64,000 nucleotides of DNA from Candidatus Magasanikiibacteriota bacterium (GCA_016189025.1 JACPGS010000029.1:15911-79910), one strand, 5' to 3'. Counted from the stretch's first letter, positions 1 through 9,694 are shown. Notes: generated from the letters alone by a model not told the origin. Program-made: numbers and translations.

Positions 1-613
1 GAAAAAAATAGATATGGGAATTAACCCAGAAGATTTGCACTGGCACGAGCAGGGCCAAAACACGGGCGCGCCAGCGCCCCGTTAAATATCCGTCCAGGAT
101 GGTGGCATAAAGCGCCAGCGAAAGGTAGCTGAAAATTTCCGGCCGGATTTCGGTGCGCTCGGCGAGGAGCGGCACGGCCACGATGGTAAGCAGCGTCGCC
201 AGCCGGAACCCCCCGCGCTGTACGGCTAGGCGGAAGAAGAGAAAAAAGGTGGCAAGATTTACCAGGAGGTGGAATAATCCCAGCCCAGGGAATCCCCCCA
301 ATTTGAAAACAGCAAAAAAAACAACCCCGGTGAGCCAGTGATGATTGACAAACGGCGCTTCCGGGGTAGCCGAGGAGTAAAAATTAGTATGGAGAAGCGC
401 TGCACGGTTCGCCGGTTCAGTTAAAAAAATCCGGCCGTTGGTAAGGTGGCGGCCAAGATCGGCCGGAATTAAATCAATCGGATGCCAAAAAAAGAAGCCG
501 AACCAAGCGGCGAGCAAAATCAGGAGTAAGGCAGGCAGGAGACGCGGAATTAACCCCCCGCGCTCGCGGGACGGTTTAGTTGTGGGAGAGATCGGAGCGG
601 TAGTTCTCCTCAT
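1..613 (-). CDS. Partial multi-pass membrane protein, GT-C glycosyltransferase-like (runs off the window)
   Basis: Manual translation from ATG 613: MRRTTAPISPTTKPSRERGGLIPRLLPALLLILLAAWFGFFFWHPIDLIPADLGRHLTNGRIF...NFYSSATPEAPFVNHHWLTG. N-terminal TM helix, then D-x-G-x-H and NHHW motifs, then more hydrophobic helices. Absent from the ORF track because it has no stop in the window. Confidence 0.6.
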   Translation of the reverse strand, partial: MRRTTAPISPTTKPSRERGGLIPRLLPALLLILLAAWFGFFFWHPIDLIPADLGRHLTNGRIFLTEPANRAALLHTNFYSSATPEAPFVNHHWLTGVVFFAVFKLGGFPGLGLFHLLVNLATFFLFFRLAVQRGGFRLATLLTIVAVPLLAERTEIRPEIFSYLSLALYATILDGYLTGRWRARVLALLVPVQIFWVNSHIYFF

Positions 614-1628
614 ACATCTCCCAAAAAGCAAGGAAGAGGGCAGCGACAATCGGGCCGATAATGAACCCCGAGATGCCGAATAGGGCAAGACCCCCGAGGG
701 TGGAGAACAGAATCAAGAGCGGATGCATTTGCAAGTCTTTGCCCACTAGAATCGGGCGCAGCAGGTTGTCTACCGTACTGATAATAAGCGCCCCTACTAA
801 AAGAATAATAATGCCGGCCGACAGTTTGCCGATGAGGAGCAGCGCTAGGCCGACCGGCAGCCAGACCACCGCGGCGCCGACCCCCGGAATCATGGCGAGC
901 AGCGTCATGAGGATGGCGAGCAGAAGCGCCCCGGGCACGCCAGTTAAGGAGAATACCAGGCCGCCGAGCGCCCCCTGAATGGTGCCGATTAAAATAGTGC
1001 CTTTAATGGCGGCGCGCGCCGCGGTCGTAAATTTTTTGTAAAGCAGCCGCTCTTGCTTGTCGCCGAGCGGCATCAGGAACATCAGTTTTTGCAAAATGCG
1101 TTCCCCGTCGCGCAGAAAGAAAAACAGCGTGTAAAGCATGATGACGAACTGGGCGATAAAGACGACTGAATTCTGGGTCAGGGCGCGCAGTTGCTGGAAA
1201 GTAAAATTAGCTACCAGCCCGCCGGCTTCGCTCATCCGTTCCAATACGGCCTGGCGAGTAACGCCGAGGGCAGCGAGCGTCGGGTTAGCCTCCAGGGCAG
1301 CGGCGAGCGACTGGAGAAAGCCGCCGATCTGGCCGCGATTGTCGCGCAGCGCCGCGTAGAGGTCTAAAGTTTCCGCGGTTAAGAATACGGCCAGGATGGC
1401 GAGCGGCACCAGAATTATCACCGCCACCAGCATGAGCGTCAGAATAGAGGACAGACTGCCGTGCTTCAGGCGGTTATTTAAGCCGCGGTAGACCGGGTAA
1501 AACAGGCCGGCCACAATGGCCGCCCAGAGCAGCGGGTAAGCAAAAGGTTTTAAGAGAAACAGAAAAAGCACGGTTACCACGCCGAGTAGCCCGAGGAAGA
1601 GGTAATTGCGGATTTTGGAGAAGTCCAT
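576..1628 (-). CDS. AI-2E family transporter
   Basis: 350-aa hydrophobic protein with IPGVG, DNLLRPILVG and HPLLILFSTLGGLALFGISGFIIGP signatures. Confidence 0.9.
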   Translation of the reverse strand: MDFSKIRNYLFLGLLGVVTVLFLFLLKPFAYPLLWAAIVAGLFYPVYRGLNNRLKHGSLSSILTLMLVAVIILVPLAILAVFLTAETLDLYAALRDNRGQIGGFLQSLAAALEANPTLAALGVTRQAVLERMSEAGGLVANFTFQQLRALTQNSVVFIAQFVIMLYTLFFFLRDGERILQKLMFLMPLGDKQERLLYKKFTTAARAAIKGTILIGTIQGALGGLVFSLTGVPGALLLAILMTLLAMIPGVGAAVVWLPVGLALLLIGKLSAGIIILLVGALIISTVDNLLRPILVGKDLQMHPLLILFSTLGGLALFGISGFIIGPIVAALFLAFWEMYEENYRSDLSHN

Positions 1629-1676
1629 ACGCAGATTACACAGATTTAATTTGATTACACGGATGCCGTACTTTGG

Positions 1677-1822
1677 TACTAACGTTCCAGCATAACAGAA
1701 GTTGCGAAGTGAGCGTGGTGATAAAATTTTTGCGGAGCAAACCGCCTAAGCGAACGAGCAATTTGGGTGAGGCTCTGTAAGAGCCGAACCTGTTATGCTG
1801 TGTTAGCTTATGCTGTGTTAGC
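1677..1822 (+). repeat. attC-like imperfect hairpin with a 15-bp tandem duplication
   Basis: CTAAC (1679-1683) pairs with GTTAG (1802-1806). CAGCATAACAG (1688-1698) pairs with CTGTTATGCTG (1790-1800). TTATGCTGTGTTAGC is duplicated at 1793-1807 and 1808-1822. Confidence 0.5.
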
Positions 1823-2020
1823 CGACCCGAGCCCGCAGGGCGAGAGCGCAGCGTGGTCGGAGGGAGCGAAGCGACCGACGAAGTACATTTTTACTATTCC
1901 CGATGCTGCGACTGCTTTTCACTCATTTGATTTAAAGGGCGAATTGGTTCCATTTTGGCGAGGGCAAGAGGGGTCGGGGGTGCATTGCCCAAGCCAAAAC
2001 ACTTATTGTTCGGTCCTTAG

Positions 2021-3163
2021 CTACTCTGCTCGTTCTATGTATGCTTTATAATAGCGATCCAAGGAGTATCTTTTTAGGCTAGAATTTTGTTGATATGCTT
2101 GCAGCAATTCTTTTTCGAATGTAGGAGTAAGTAAATCAATTCTTCCCATGAATACCCGCTTAGTCTCAGTTGGCTTAGGAGAAATCTTAAGGGGTAGTAA
2201 TTCATTTGTTTTTTGTTCTGGCACAATCCAAAAGATGCGTAGACCAGGATGTTTAAAGTAGCTTTGTTCCCAGGTAGCAAGCATAGCTTTAGCTTCTTTT
2301 TTATATAATCCTCCATCCATAAGCGCTCGTTCAAAGATAGCAAAGTCTGCCTTAGCGGGCGATTGAACGCCGAAATTAATTTTTTGCTCAGTGCCATTTT
2401 TCATTTCGCCATTCCACCAGATATACTCAGATCCATCTGTTTTCTTTTCGTAGACGAAGACCTGCGACAATGTATGTGGGCCATTATTTTTGATCACTAG
2501 TTCGTTGTCATTGGTAAATTTAGTTTCCACAGGAATGTCGAAATTAGCAACACCACGATAGAAAATGAATTTTTCCACCTCTCTCTTATGTGATTTAATC
2601 AGGTTGGCATCCGTCACTCGCGGACTGGTCCAAATTTTCGTTTCTTCTTCCTCTGGAGGCGTTAGTTTTTGGGTGGAATTAGGAGGTAATATGCGCACCT
2701 TCCATTTCATCCCTCCCTTATATGGTTTGGTAAAATCCCAATTGTCGTGCATTTTGTTGCCACTGGTATTTTGCGGGTACCATTGACTAATTATCCCTTG
2801 TGGAAAATCCACCTGCACTGTGGCATTTTGGGCTTTCTTGCTATAGAAATAAATGACAGGCGTTTCCATTTTTACTGTAACATTTTTTGGTTCGTTGGTA
2901 GGTGAAATGTCGAATCCTTTCGCGTTGTAAACTGCCTCTGCGCGTTTTGTAAAATCACCATGCTGATAGGTAAAGCGTGGCAATTGCTCCTCGTCGAAAT
3001 AGAGGCCAGAGAGGCGTGTGCCGTCGGTCGCGTGTAGCGTTGTAAACGTGCCCCACTCATGTACCACCATACCTTTAGTGGTGGCAGCAGCACTAGCTTG
3101 AATCATGGCATAACCAACTCCGGCTAACAAAATAAGGCCAAAGATAAGGAATTTAACTTTCAT
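2021..3163 (-). CDS. Secreted conserved hypothetical protein (HEWGTFT / METPVIYFY type), AT-rich
   Basis: Signal-peptide-like N-terminus. Motifs VHEWGTFT, METPVIYFY, ISQWYP and EKFIFYRG. Visibly lower GC than the flanking genes. Confidence 0.7.
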   Translation of the reverse strand: MKVKFLIFGLILLAGVGYAMIQASAAATTKGMVVHEWGTFTTLHATDGTRLSGLYFDEEQLPRFTYQHGDFTKRAEAVYNAKGFDISPTNEPKNVTVKMETPVIYFYSKKAQNATVQVDFPQGIISQWYPQNTSGNKMHDNWDFTKPYKGGMKWKVRILPPNSTQKLTPPEEEETKIWTSPRVTDANLIKSHKREVEKFIFYRGVANFDIPVETKFTNDNELVIKNNGPHTLSQVFVYEKKTDGSEYIWWNGEMKNGTEQKINFGVQSPAKADFAIFERALMDGGLYKKEAKAMLATWEQSYFKHPGLRIFWIVPEQKTNELLPLKISPKPTETKRVFMGRIDLLTPTFEKELLQAYQQNSSLKRYSLDRYYKAYIERAE

Positions 3164-3407
3164 ACATTTATTGTTAAATTTGAATTAACCGCATATTCAC
3201 ATTATCACAATCTAGATTGATTTTCAAGTGACAGAAAGGAGCGAAAAAATACTTGCTGGCTGCCGAAAGCAGACAGCCCCCTCTTACAAAAAAAAGAATC
3301 AATTCGCCCCTCCTTATTAAAAATCCGAAAAGCGGAGCGGCAAAAAGGGAATGGTAAAAATGTATTTCGCCTAACTAGTTTTATGATTCTTTTACAGTCT
3401 TATTATA

Positions 3408-4841
3408 TCAGGCATTATTAGGCGGCGCAATGGCGGCGGGGGCGAAGACTTCCCGGAGGGTGGCAGGAGAAATTGTCCGTAAAAGCAGCGCCAGCAAGCC
3501 GTAAAGTAAGCCGCCGAGCCCCAGGGAAAGAATAAGGGGGAGCGGCTGGAGGGCGTAGATTGCCCCGCCCATGGCCCCGCTCGCCAGGATAATTTTAAGG
3601 AGAGTCGTAAGGCGGGGCCGCCAGCCACTGGCGCGGGCACAGAGTAGAGCAAGGCCGGCCCCGGCATAGAGTTCCGAGCCAATCGTTACCCCGATCGCGC
3701 CAGCGACGCCGTAGCGGGGGATGAAAATAAAATAGCCGATGAGAGACAGCAGCGCGTCGCTCCCGTAGATCAGGAGCGCGGTGGTTTGCCGGCCGATCGC
3801 CAAAGCGTAGTGGCCAAAGATCATGCCACCCGCCACTCCTAACAGCGACAGCGACAGTCCCTGCAGCATCCAGGCACCGGGGGCGAATTCTTTGCCGGCC
3901 ACGAAGGTCAGGACGCCGGGGGCAATGGCGATTAAACCAGCTACGGCCGGCCACAGCAATAAATTGATTAAATCAAACCCCAGTTGGGCGCGGCGCTGGA
4001 ATTCGGCAGTCAGATGCCGGCTCCAGGCGTGGGCGACGAGCGGCATTACCGTTCCCATAATCATCGCGGCGAGCTGAATGACAACCTCCACAATGCGATA
4101 ACTGGCGCCATATAGCCCCACAGTAGTCTGATCGGCAAACAAGGGCAGAATCACCCGGTCGCCCTGCAGGTAGACGGCGGTGGCAACAACGGCAAGAGCA
4201 GTGGGCCACATTTTGTGCCACAAGGCGCGCGAAATACTGCGGTCAAAGCAAAAGCGCAGGGGCCGGGCGCAGTAAGCTAGTATTAAAGCAGAGCCGAGGG
4301 CCGCGACCGTAACGGCGACCATAATGGCGGTAAATTGCTGACGGGCGACGAGGGAAAAGGCAATGCCGAGGAGCAGCAGGAGCCGGCCCAAAATTTCCGC
4401 TCCCATCACAATTTTCAATTTTAGCTGCTCCCGGAAATAGCCGATGAATACCTGGGACAGGGCAATGGCAAAAAATGCCAGGGTCAAAATTGCTACTGCT
4501 TGTTTCACTTCCTTAGGGTAAGGGAAAGCGAGAATCAGTAGCGGCGCTGCCCCCTGGAAAACAGTAGCCGAAATCAGCCGCCAGCTAAAGCAAGTATTAA
4601 GTACGCGGCGGCGGTCAAAGGTCGGTTCCGCGAGCAGCGCCGAGGTGGTGATAGTGAATCCGCCATCAGCCACCAGTCCCACAAATTGGAGGAAACCGGT
4701 GGCGGTTACATACCAGCCAAATTGTTCCACGCCCAAATAGCGCGTCATCAGGGCGATGGCAGCCAGCCCCAGCAGGGTGGAGACTAATTTACCCCCGAGT
4801 TGGATTAAGGTAGAGTGCGCCAGAGCGCGGGTGAGAGACAT
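3408..4841 (-). CDS. Wzx-like oligosaccharide flippase (MOP superfamily)
   Basis: 477 aa, many TM helices, TRYLGVEQFGWY and VGLYGASYRI motifs. Confidence 0.85.
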   Translation of the reverse strand: MSLTRALAHSTLIQLGGKLVSTLLGLAAIALMTRYLGVEQFGWYVTATGFLQFVGLVADGGFTITTSALLAEPTFDRRRVLNTCFSWRLISATVFQGAAPLLILAFPYPKEVKQAVAILTLAFFAIALSQVFIGYFREQLKLKIVMGAEILGRLLLLLGIAFSLVARQQFTAIMVAVTVAALGSALILAYCARPLRFCFDRSISRALWHKMWPTALAVVATAVYLQGDRVILPLFADQTTVGLYGASYRIVEVVIQLAAMIMGTVMPLVAHAWSRHLTAEFQRRAQLGFDLINLLLWPAVAGLIAIAPGVLTFVAGKEFAPGAWMLQGLSLSLLGVAGGMIFGHYALAIGRQTTALLIYGSDALLSLIGYFIFIPRYGVAGAIGVTIGSELYAGAGLALLCARASGWRPRLTTLLKIILASGAMGGAIYALQPLPLILSLGLGGLLYGLLALLLRTISPATLREVFAPAAIAPPNNA

Positions 4842-4947
4842 ATTTTAAGCTAACCAGCAATCAGCTAGCCAGCAGATTCAGCTAGTGGATGATAAGATGA
4901 TGAGAGTATAGCACGGAGGGCCGGACTCTGCTATACTTGAAGATTGT

Positions 4948-5952
4948 ATGCTTTGGCTGATTAAAAATATCTGGCGTGGGGGGGCGAGTGCTTTGATTTT
5001 ATTGGCTATTTTTGCGCAAACCGTTTCGGTATTAGCGGCGGAGGAAAGGGAAACAGCCGAGACGCCGACGGCGTCGGCCGTGGTTGAGGAAACGTTTAAA
5101 AAAGGCCCGGCCGTGCGGGTGTTAATAGCAGAACAAGGGAAGCCGGTAACAATGCGCTCCGAAGTGCCGGTTGCCGTGTATACTGGCGTGATATTGCGTT
5201 TAGAACTTCCTCCGGAAACATTGATTACGATTCGCCGCGAGCGCCAGGCTTTAACGATTGAGAGCGAAGGAGTTAGTTTTGGCACCGAGGAGCCAGTGCG
5301 GATAATGGCTGAAGATCCGCTGGCGGTTTTTACCCTGCCTGGTTTTGCCCGCAAATTATCGGGCTGGAAGCAGGATTTTAATCAGTATCGGGGAATTTTG
5401 GAACTGCGTTTGGCGAAAGACAAGAATCTGCTGTTAATAAACGAGCTGCCGCTGGAGGCGTATGTAGCCGCCATAGTGGAAACTAATGAGCGCGATCCGG
5501 AAGAATATACCAAGGCGGTGCTCGTGGCGGCGCGCACTTATGCGGTGGTTTGGCGGGAGGAGGCGCGCCGGCGCGGTCGGGCATTTGATCTGCGCGGGAG
5601 CACTCACGACCAGCTTTATTTAGGATACCAGGCTGAATTAGCCCAGCCCCAGGTGCGGCAGTGGGCAGGGGAGACTGCCGGAGAAGTGGTAACCTATGAA
5701 GGATCGCCCGCCGCCACGCTTTACTTTGGTCACTCCACCGGCAAAACCAAATCCTGGCCCAAGCGCCTGGGCGAGCGGCCATGGCTTACGAGCGTCGCCG
5801 CGCCTTATGATAAAAAGTTTAAACGACTGTATGGCCACGGCTACGGCATGAGCATGAACGACGCCCGCGAGCGCGCGCGGCGAGACAACGCCACCTACCA
5901 GGAACTGCTTGCCTATTATTACACCGGCACCCAGGTGGAGGTACGATATTGA
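4948..5952 (+). CDS. SpoIID/LytB domain protein (lytic transglycosylase-like)
   Basis: YRG, INELPLEAYV, KAVLVAARTY, DQLYLG, GHGYGMS and LAYYYTG motifs; N-terminal signal or anchor. Confidence 0.85.
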   Translation: MLWLIKNIWRGGASALILLAIFAQTVSVLAAEERETAETPTASAVVEETFKKGPAVRVLIAEQGKPVTMRSEVPVAVYTGVILRLELPPETLITIRRERQALTIESEGVSFGTEEPVRIMAEDPLAVFTLPGFARKLSGWKQDFNQYRGILELRLAKDKNLLLINELPLEAYVAAIVETNERDPEEYTKAVLVAARTYAVVWREEARRRGRAFDLRGSTHDQLYLGYQAELAQPQVRQWAGETAGEVVTYEGSPAATLYFGHSTGKTKSWPKRLGERPWLTSVAAPYDKKFKRLYGHGYGMSMNDARERARRDNATYQELLAYYYTGTQVEVRY

Positions 5953-6033
5953 AATTTTTACCTATGAACGAGCGGAGAAAAGATTGGGGGAACGACGGGG
6001 GTATTGAAGTTTTTGCGGCGTCACCGCCCTCTA

Positions 6034-6062
6034 TTGACAATGTACTGACAATGTCATATAAT
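6034..6062 (+). promoter_or_regulatory. Sigma70 promoter with overlapping operator for the TA operon
   Basis: TTGACA (6034-6039), 17-bp spacer, TATAAT (6057-6062). Palindrome TGACA-A-TGTCA at 6046-6056 and a repeated TGACAATGT. Confidence 0.85.
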
Positions 6063-6091
6063 GACAGCAGCTTATCCTTAGTCATTTTTTT

Positions 6092-6379
6092 ATGAACAGC
6101 ACCGTGCAATTGCGAGTAGACGCCAAAACCAAACGCGCCGTTTCTACGGTTTTTCGTAATCTGGGGTTAGATTTAAGCACCGGCGTAAAAATGTATTTTC
6201 AGCAGGTAATTCGTGAGCGCGGTATACCATTTCCCCTCATCACCGAGAACGGCTATACGGCCGAACAAGAAAAGAAGCTCCTGGCGATTGCCAAACAAAC
6301 GGAGAGCGACTATCGGCGCGGTCGCCGCCGCACCCAAACCTCGGTTAAAGCAATGGTTAAAGAGATTATGGCATCATAG
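6092..6379 (+). CDS. RelB/DinJ family antitoxin
   Basis: RHH-type N-terminus QLRVDAKTK...LGLDLSTGVKMYFQQVIRERGIPF; directly upstream of a YafQ-like toxin. Confidence 0.9.
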   Translation: MNSTVQLRVDAKTKRAVSTVFRNLGLDLSTGVKMYFQQVIRERGIPFPLITENGYTAEQEKKLLAIAKQTESDYRRGRRRTQTSVKAMVKEIMAS

Positions 6380-6390
6380 GGTGACCCGAT

Positions 6391-6675
6391 ATGCAATACA
6401 CCCTGCGCTATTCTCGACAGTTTAAGCGTCAATATAAAAAACTAGAGCGATCCGGGAGGCCTGGCTTAGCGGGGAAACTGGACGCAATTATGAATATTCT
6501 TGCTAGCGGCCAAACGCTACCCGCCCGTTGTTTGAACCACCGGCTAGCCGGTCAATTGAATGGGCTGTGGGAATGTCATGTGGCGCCCGACTGGCTGTTA
6601 ATCTATCGCCTTCATCAAGATGTTCTAGTATTGGAATTTTTCGCCACCGGCACGCATACCCAGTTGTTTGATTAA
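6391..6675 (+). CDS. YafQ family mRNA interferase toxin
   Basis: FKRQYKK, NHRLAG, WECHVAPDWLLIY and TGTHTQLF motifs. Confidence 0.9.
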   Translation: MQYTLRYSRQFKRQYKKLERSGRPGLAGKLDAIMNILASGQTLPARCLNHRLAGQLNGLWECHVAPDWLLIYRLHQDVLVLEFFATGTHTQLFD

Positions 6676-6715
6676 CCTGCGGATTAAACACGGGTATTGA
6701 CAAGTAAAAGCTAAC

Positions 6716-6743
6716 ATCTCCCCTGGGGCGGGGAGATTTTTTT
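6716..6743 (+). terminator. Intrinsic terminator
   Basis: ATCTCCCC/GGGGAGAT stem followed by a T run, between convergent genes. Confidence 0.7.
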
Positions 6744-6758
6744 AGCGTAAGATTATGG

Positions 6759-7313
6759 TTAGGCGGCCGGAGCGCTGCCGCCTTGATGATAACGCTTGTC
6801 CGCCTCCGAGAGGTCTAAAATCAAACGGCGCAGGCCGTGGGGGTCGGGCACGCGGCGGCCGACCTTTTTTGGCTGGGCGCCGGCGGTTTCAATAATCAGA
6901 TCGCCGTAGTGGAGTAGCGACGGCAGGGCGCCTTTTACTTCAGAAGTGGCGTTTTGAATCTGGTAAAGGTCAACCTCAAACACGCTGCGGGCGAATAGGC
7001 CGTGCTGTTCAATGCGAATCAGCCGATCGTTGGTGATGACCAAGAGATCCAGATAAAAATCGACAAAATAGGCGAAAGTCAGGAGCACCATAATCAGCAG
7101 ATAAATGCTGCCGGAAAGAATTAAGAGAGGCGAAATAACCGGATGATTTAACAGCGCCGGGAAGGCGCTAGCAATAAACAGATAAAGTCCGAGCGGCACG
7201 GCGAGCAATATTATCAGCAATAATAAAGGCAGCGCCAGGGTGGCCGGGCTGTGGCGCACCCGCGCCACAATATGCTCATAGGATTTTTGGCGGATGAAGT
7301 AAGAGAGCAGCAT
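6759..7313 (-). CDS. Membrane protein with bacterial PH (bPH_2-like) domain
   Basis: Two TM helices followed by LVITNDRLIRIEQHGLF...IQNAT...YGDLIIETAG. Confidence 0.75.
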   Translation of the reverse strand: MLLSYFIRQKSYEHIVARVRHSPATLALPLLLLIILLAVPLGLYLFIASAFPALLNHPVISPLLILSGSIYLLIMVLLTFAYFVDFYLDLLVITNDRLIRIEQHGLFARSVFEVDLYQIQNATSEVKGALPSLLHYGDLIIETAGAQPKKVGRRVPDPHGLRRLILDLSEADKRYHQGGSAPAA

Positions 7314-7326
7314 GTTTCAGGTTAAA

Positions 7327-7620
7327 TTATCGTAAAGAGTCAAACGGCGAAAAAATTTCCTGGCTGGGAAAAACGTTGCCGAGCCAGGCGTTGTTCCAGA
7401 TAGGGAGCGGCTGTTGCCAATCGACTCCCTGCAGCAGCCACCAGGTGGACCAAAGAATAATCGCCGTTGCCGCGAGCAATAGGAAAGTCGCCAAAAAACT
7501 CCCCAGGGTAAAGGTGCCAGTGTGAGAAAAGTGGCCGACGTTGATGGCAAAAAAGACGGCAAAAAACAGCAGGAAGCCAAGGTAGACGAAGAGAAAAATA
7601 TAGAGCGGGAGGGTAATCAT
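7327..7620 (-). CDS. Small membrane hypothetical protein
   Basis: Two hydrophobic helices; start moved to ATG 7620 (MITLPLY). Confidence 0.6.
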   Translation of the reverse strand: MITLPLYIFLFVYLGFLLFFAVFFAINVGHFSHTGTFTLGSFLATFLLLAATAIILWSTWWLLQGVDWQQPLPIWNNAWLGNVFPSQEIFSPFDSLR

Positions 7621-7660
7621 GGTTTTTACTATAGCAGGTATTAGATATGAACTCAAACTC

Positions 7661-8275
7661 TCAATTCCGCACGTAATACCACACCGTCGCCAGGCCCCAG
7701 CCCAGGGCAAATTTGTCGGTATGAAAGCAGGTCAGGAAGGGCGCGTCTAAAGTGGCGGTAACGGAAATAATGCGGCTGCCGGGCTTTAGTTGTTGGCAGC
7801 GCTCGGTGAGTTGGGTTAAAAGATTTTCGCTAAAACAGGTGGCTTGAACAAAAATTACGTCCGCCTCGCTCCAGTCTTCGGTAAAAATATCGCCCGACCG
7901 GAAATTGATGTCTGGTTCGGGATAGCTCTGGGGCAGCGCCGGGCGGAGGCGTTGGTTAAATTTTTCCCGTACCGCCGCGGCGGTCTGGTAAAGTTCCGGG
8001 ATCAGCTCAATGCCGACTAAGCGGCGGAAATTCCCCAGGAGGGCGGCGAGTATCACCGCTTTGCCGGTGCCGCTCCCCAAATCATAAAAAGTGCCGCCGG
8101 GGGGTGCGTCGGCGGCGGCGAGCAGCGCCGGGAAGCTGGCAAAGTTAACTTCGCCGTAAGTGAGCTCTTTGGGCGGCGTTTGGCCCCAGTGTTGTTTTCC
8201 GGCGGCGGAGAGCCGGTAGCCGTCAATATCAGCATAAAGGAGGTTGAAGTAACGTTCGGCCAGACCCAGATTCAT
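7661..8275 (-). CDS. DOT1-like class I SAM-dependent methyltransferase
   Basis: TYGE, FYDLGSGTGKAVILAA, GIEL, GDIF and LKPGSRIIS motifs. The upstream GTG at 8368 lies inside a repeat, so ATG 8275 is preferred. Confidence 0.75.
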   Translation of the reverse strand: MNLGLAERYFNLLYADIDGYRLSAAGKQHWGQTPPKELTYGEVNFASFPALLAAADAPPGGTFYDLGSGTGKAVILAALLGNFRRLVGIELIPELYQTAAAVREKFNQRLRPALPQSYPEPDINFRSGDIFTEDWSEADVIFVQATCFSENLLTQLTERCQQLKPGSRIISVTATLDAPFLTCFHTDKFALGWGLATVWYYVRN

Positions 8276-8280
8276 ATTGT

Positions 8281-8470
8281 AAGACTGTAGAAGAATGCTA
8301 ACTTTATCAGTATCCGCCTGGTCGCTATCGCTATTGCTAAGTTTAACCTGGTTGGTCGCGGCAGACACTCTTTGGGTGCTCCCCCGACTTTAGATCGGGG
8401 TGCGCGCCCAAAGACACTCGTCTGCCGCACCCTGATGCTAACTAGTTTTTCCCATTCTTCTACAACCTCG
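8281..8470 (+). mobile_element. MITE-like structured repeat, copy 1
   Basis: Terminal IRs AAGACTGTAGAAGAAT / ATTCTTCTACAACCTC, flanking TTGT direct repeats, near-identical core with 45555-45745. Confidence 0.75.
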
Positions 8471-8473
8471 TTG

Positions 8474-8944
8474 TTATAGGTTTTTTTCGTCTAGCGGCAG
8501 AGGCGTTTTTTTATTGTTGGCAGCGGATTTTTTGAAGTAGTAGAGAATCTGTATACCTAATACGAACAGTAGGGTAGAAGTAGCGGCGGAAACCAGGCAA
8601 TAGAGGCAATACGCGCCGATGACGAAAGCCTGGAGATAAAAAAACCAGAGGGTGGCGAGGAATCCCAAAACTGTTAGGCGAGCGAGCCAGCGCAGAATTA
8701 CTTCGCGACGGGTGTCCAGATAAGCCACGGCGCCCAAGAAGACGGCGAGATAATAGAGCGCTCCGAGGAGCGCCACCGGAATCTGATAGATCGTAGCGTA
8801 GCGGCTGGTGGTAACTACCTCGCAGCCCGCTAAGATTGAACAAGTCGGCGGCTCTCCTTGGTAGTGTTTAAGGGTAAGGTAACTGGCATCAACAAAACCC
8901 ACCAGACTGATTACCAGAAGGGCAAGGGCAAGCGGGCGAAGCAT
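8474..8944 (-). CDS. Vitamin K epoxide reductase (VKOR) family disulfide-bond formation protein
   Basis: C-x5-C loop (CSILAGC), VTTSRY, IPVALLG and CLYC active site. Confidence 0.92.
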   Translation of the reverse strand: MLRPLALALLVISLVGFVDASYLTLKHYQGEPPTCSILAGCEVVTTSRYATIYQIPVALLGALYYLAVFLGAVAYLDTRREVILRWLARLTVLGFLATLWFFYLQAFVIGAYCLYCLVSAATSTLLFVLGIQILYYFKKSAANNKKTPLPLDEKNL

Positions 8945-8956
8945 AGCGGAGCGCAG

Positions 8957-9673
8957 TTATTTTACGGCGGCGGCTACGGCATCGCGCAGAGCAGCAAAAT
9001 TGCCGGTGTGCCGCACGCCGTTTAAGAAGAAAGTGGGGGTGGCGTTCACGCCGGCGCCCCAGCCGCTCTCCTGGTCGGCGCGGATTTTATCGTCAGCCTC
9101 GGCCGCTTCCAGTTCAGCCGGGAATTTATTCAGGTCCAGCCCGAGGTCGCGGGCGTACCCCAAAAATAGCTCGCGCGCGCCGCCCTGGTCGCTCCATTCG
9201 CGCTGGCGTTCAAACAGCCGGTCGTGCATTTCCCAGAATTTATTCTGTTTGCCCGCGGCTTCGGCGGCGGCGGCGGCCAGTTTAGCTTGTTTGTGCTGCG
9301 GGAGCGGGAAGTGGCGATAAACAAAGCGGACGCGATCGCCAAGCTCGCGCATAATTTCTTGCACCGCCGGGAAAGCGGCCCCGCAAGCCGGGCACTGGAA
9401 GTCGCTGTATTCAATCAGCGTTACCCTGGCTTCGCGGTTGCCCTTAATCCAATCCCGCTCGGTGACAGTGGCCGGCGTGCCGACCGGACCAGCCGGCGCT
9501 TTATTAGTCAGGCGCGAGAGGCCGAAGACTACCAGCGCCAGAATCAAGATACTCCCGCCCCAAATAAGGAAACGACGCCTGGTTTGCGAGCGTCCGGCAC
9601 TGGCTGCCGCGGCGGCCCGTTCCTGCCGGCGCAATTGCCGCCGTTCGCGCTTGGTAAGCATTGGTTGTTCCAT
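8957..9673 (-). CDS. DsbA family thiol-disulfide oxidoreductase
   Basis: EYSDFQCPAC, YRHFPL and GVNATPTFFLNG; N-terminal TM anchor; adjacent to VKOR. Confidence 0.92.
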   Translation of the reverse strand: MEQPMLTKRERRQLRRQERAAAAASAGRSQTRRRFLIWGGSILILALVVFGLSRLTNKAPAGPVGTPATVTERDWIKGNREARVTLIEYSDFQCPACGAAFPAVQEIMRELGDRVRFVYRHFPLPQHKQAKLAAAAAEAAGKQNKFWEMHDRLFERQREWSDQGGARELFLGYARDLGLDLNKFPAELEAAEADDKIRADQESGWGAGVNATPTFFLNGVRHTGNFAALRDAVAAAVK

Positions 9674-9694
9674 AAAAGGAGAGATGAATTATTA

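Noticed and set aside
1767-2051. 94-aa ORF
   Set aside because: Spans the attC-like and inverted-repeat sequence; its YAVLA repeat reflects the 15-bp duplication.
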